Virus record (IMG/VR): IMGVR_UViG_3300025327_000015
Source: a virus
Lineage: Duplodnaviria > Heunggongvirae > Uroviricota > Caudoviricetes
Strand: one strand, 5' to 3'
DNA length: 43,483 nucleotides
Shown: positions 41,486 through 43,483 of the stretch, piece by piece
Layout of the letters: each line of letters opens with the position of its first letter
Position numbering within the stretch: the first letter of the stretch is position 1
The notes under the pieces: model-generated
What the model saw: the letters and a program-made list of their open reading frames with translations, nothing else
Told to the model about the DNA's origin: nothing
Databases searched by the model: none
Program-made: the position numbers and the translations under genes

Positions 41486-41689
41486 ATGGCCAAGAAGGAA
41501 GTATTCGTCTCCGACCTGTCTGGCGAGGCGATCGATGGTGCGGCTGCTCAGGTGACGATTCGTCTCACCTCCAAGCCGCGCTCTGTGTTCGTGCTCGACG
41601 CCAAGGAAGAGGAAGTGGGAATGCTCCTCTCTAAGGCAACCGAGCGTACTCGGCGTGGTCGCAAGCCCAAGGCCGTCGCCGCTGCCTGA
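41486..41689 (+). CDS. Lsr2-like dimerisation-domain protein with basic tail
   Basis: MAKKEVFVSDLSG...VTIRL...FVLD; RRGRKPK tail; AAAGGAG SD. Confidence 0.6.
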   Translation: MAKKEVFVSDLSGEAIDGAAAQVTIRLTSKPRSVFVLDAKEEEVGMLLSKATERTRRGRKPKAVAAA

Positions 41690-41696
41690 GAATCAT

Positions 41697-41779
41697 CTGG
41701 GACCTCGGCTCTGTAGTAGCGAGTTGATCGCCGCGAACTGGGCCTGTGTGTAAACGACCCGGCTAAGCGGGCGTCCCAG
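41697..41779 (+). ncRNA. candidate structured RNA
   Basis: CTGGGAC/GTCCCAG closing stem with several internal hairpins. Confidence 0.35.
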
Positions 41780-41804
41780 TCTCAAGCCTGTTAGAGTGCC
41801 GCCC

Positions 41805-42245
41805 ATGACGGGCGAAGAACTCGTCGTACCTGTTACCGGAGAGATTGTTGATCTCTCAAATGAGACGCAATGTGCCCAGGCGCTCGCAGCACTTCGGGAT
41901 GCTGAATCTCAGATTCGAGAGATTAAAGCGGTGTTGACTGCCGCTATCGTTGAGCGGGCAAAACTGCTTGGGACTCAGACACTTACTCTTGAAAATGGAA
42001 TGAAGGCAGTTCTCAAGGGCGGCACTGAAACGATATATGACGCTACTGAGATCGAAAGACAACTTCGCGTACTCGGAATGCCAGAAGAACGAATTCGAGA
42101 AATCGTGATCGAGGAGGTATCTTACAAGGTATCAGCGAAGGAGGCAAAACGAGCAGCGGCAGCGAATGATGAATACGCAGCCGTAGTTAATAGTGCGAAA
42201 CAAACAATCGAAAAGCCGCTCTATATCTCTATTCAACGGCGATGA
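41805..42245 (+). CDS. hypothetical coiled-coil protein
   Basis: ORF; start uncertain. Confidence 0.65.
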   Translation: MTGEELVVPVTGEIVDLSNETQCAQALAALRDAESQIREIKAVLTAAIVERAKLLGTQTLTLENGMKAVLKGGTETIYDATEIERQLRVLGMPEERIREIVIEEVSYKVSAKEAKRAAAANDEYAAVVNSAKQTIEKPLYISIQRR

Positions 42246-42622
42246 GAGTAATCGTAACTGGAAGTCGTGGTTGGGGAGATCGCGAGCGAATTGCTGAGCG
42301 TCTATGTGATCTTCCTGGCGATACTGTTATCGTTCATGGTGCTGCGCGTGGAGTTGATCGTATTGCCCATCAGGAAGCACAGAAAGCTGGATTCTTACTA
42401 GAACCGCATCCTGCTGATTGGGACCGTTATGGGAAACGTGCTGGCTTTATCCGTAACGAAGAGATGGCGAATCTGGGCGCCGACCTCTGTATTGCGTTTT
42501 GGGATGGACGAAGTAGAGGTACTTTGGACATGATGGAGCGATGTGCGGAACATAGTATTCCTATCGAAGTTCAACACAAGGATTTCCCGAACCGTCCGCA
42601 AAGAGAAGTATTTTCGACATAG
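42242..42622 (+). CDS. SLOG-superfamily (DUF2493/YspA-like) protein
   Basis: VIVTGSR; IVHGAARGVD; PADWDRYGKRAGFIRNEEM; AFWDGRSRGT. Confidence 0.85.
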   Translation: MRVIVTGSRGWGDRERIAERLCDLPGDTVIVHGAARGVDRIAHQEAQKAGFLLEPHPADWDRYGKRAGFIRNEEMANLGADLCIAFWDGRSRGTLDMMERCAEHSIPIEVQHKDFPNRPQREVFST

Positions 42623-42632
42623 TCGATTTGGA

Positions 42633-42650
42633 TTCTCAAAGGTTTGAGAA
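42633..42650. promoter_or_regulatory. 18-bp palindrome, copy 16
   Basis: TTCTCAAAGGTTTGAGAA. Confidence 0.75.
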
Positions 42651-42756
42651 TCAGAAGGAGGGCAGACCATAAGGAACCCACGCCGTAACGTGCTCGTGAT
42701 CCGATCAACTAAGAACGTCCCGGAACGGAGCACGCCATCCGACGTAGGAGGCGAGT

Positions 42757-43416
42757 TTGAGATTCATTTTCCTGTTAGTCGCGACAATTGTCGTCGCTGT
42801 TCTCTCAATCTCAGCGACAGTTGCGACGAAACCCCCTCTGGCGGCAGGTGCGAACGAAGACCGCCATCAAAATAAAGCTATCGAATGTCGCTCTGCAACT
42901 AGAGCTATTGCTTACTATCAGCAACGGTATTCTTACTGGAGAAAGTTGCAGGGAATATCAACAGAATTACGAACAGTTCCTTTTCGTGGGTGTAACTATC
43001 AGCGTTGGCGAGCCAAACTTTGGCAAGAGAGAGCTAGACAAGCACGTAATTCCTATCAGAGATATCTTCATGCCCACTTCACCCTCCAAGAGCGTGAAAC
43101 ATGGCGAGAGGCCGTTCAGGAGACCCAGAAAGCGTTTCCAAGAACCAATGCTTGGTTACTCTCATGTTCTGACTCAGAAGGAGGCTGGGGCCGCTGGGTT
43201 GCAAATGGAGATGGCTCTGGAGCAGGTGGCTGGATGCAATTTCTCGAATCAACATTTTGGAGGATGTTTAGAGCCTCTGAGATTCATCTAAAAGCTCGTG
43301 GTTTTCATCTGTCAGCGTCGGCGGCTTCATGGTATTCACCTCTCGGACAAGCTGTTGCTGGGGCCTGGGGTGTAACTCACGGGCGACAGCATGAATGGTA
43401 TGGATCGGGTTGTTAG
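42757..43416 (+). CDS. secreted lytic transglycosylase (lysozyme-fold) protein
   Basis: AGGAGG SD + TTG; signal peptide; CSDSEGG...N..GSGAGGWMQF...TF. Confidence 0.75.
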   Translation: MRFIFLLVATIVVAVLSISATVATKPPLAAGANEDRHQNKAIECRSATRAIAYYQQRYSYWRKLQGISTELRTVPFRGCNYQRWRAKLWQERARQARNSYQRYLHAHFTLQERETWREAVQETQKAFPRTNAWLLSCSDSEGGWGRWVANGDGSGAGGWMQFLESTFWRMFRASEIHLKARGFHLSASAASWYSPLGQAVAGAWGVTHGRQHEWYGSGC

Positions 43417-43483
43417 CTTATTTTCTTTTTGGAAGAAGTTTTACCGCTAGCGGTAGTCCAAATCCCAAACCGCGAGAGCGCAT

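Noticed and set aside
415-42650. 18-bp palindrome as the target of the 9+9-nt guides
   Set aside because: The length matches, but no spacer I parsed resembles TTCTCAAAN or NTTTGAGAA. Guides elsewhere in the genome cannot be excluded.
1-43483. Virion, packaging, integrase or RT/retron genes
   Set aside because: No motifs recognised; phage identity rests on gene content and organisation only.

Overview
This 43.5 kb window looks like the non-structural (early/replication/accessory) arm of a phage or prophage with an actinobacterial host. The host call is inference from Lsr2-like, Rpf-like and LmbU-like genes. About 90 short, tightly packed CDS all lie on the + strand; I recognise no capsid, terminase, tail or integrase gene. 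Recognisable genes: 2 metallophosphoesterases, a SpoU methylase, an ATP-grasp/amidoligase/GATase/HExxH module, 2 ParB-like proteins, NADAR and macrodomain proteins, an HTH replication initiator with iterons, an RlaP-type nucleotidyltransferase, 2 lytic transglycosylase paralogues, a DNA methyltransferase with an in-frame LAGLIDADG insert, HNH and SLOG proteins, and 4 tRNA or tRNA-like genes, each atypical. Three hidden repeat systems stand out. (1) A TIGR-Tas-like RNA-guided locus at 24070-25869: a nuclease-less Nop/IS110-type protein with ~36-nt dual-repeat units carrying 9-nt spacers, split into four segments, one inside the gene. (2) Nine covarying two-hairpin intergenic elements (UGC-stem-GGAG-stem) in the first 7.2 kb. 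(3) Sixteen copies of an 18-bp palindrome, TTCTCAAA-NN-TTTGAGAA. All family assignments come from motif recognition by eye; no database searches were run.
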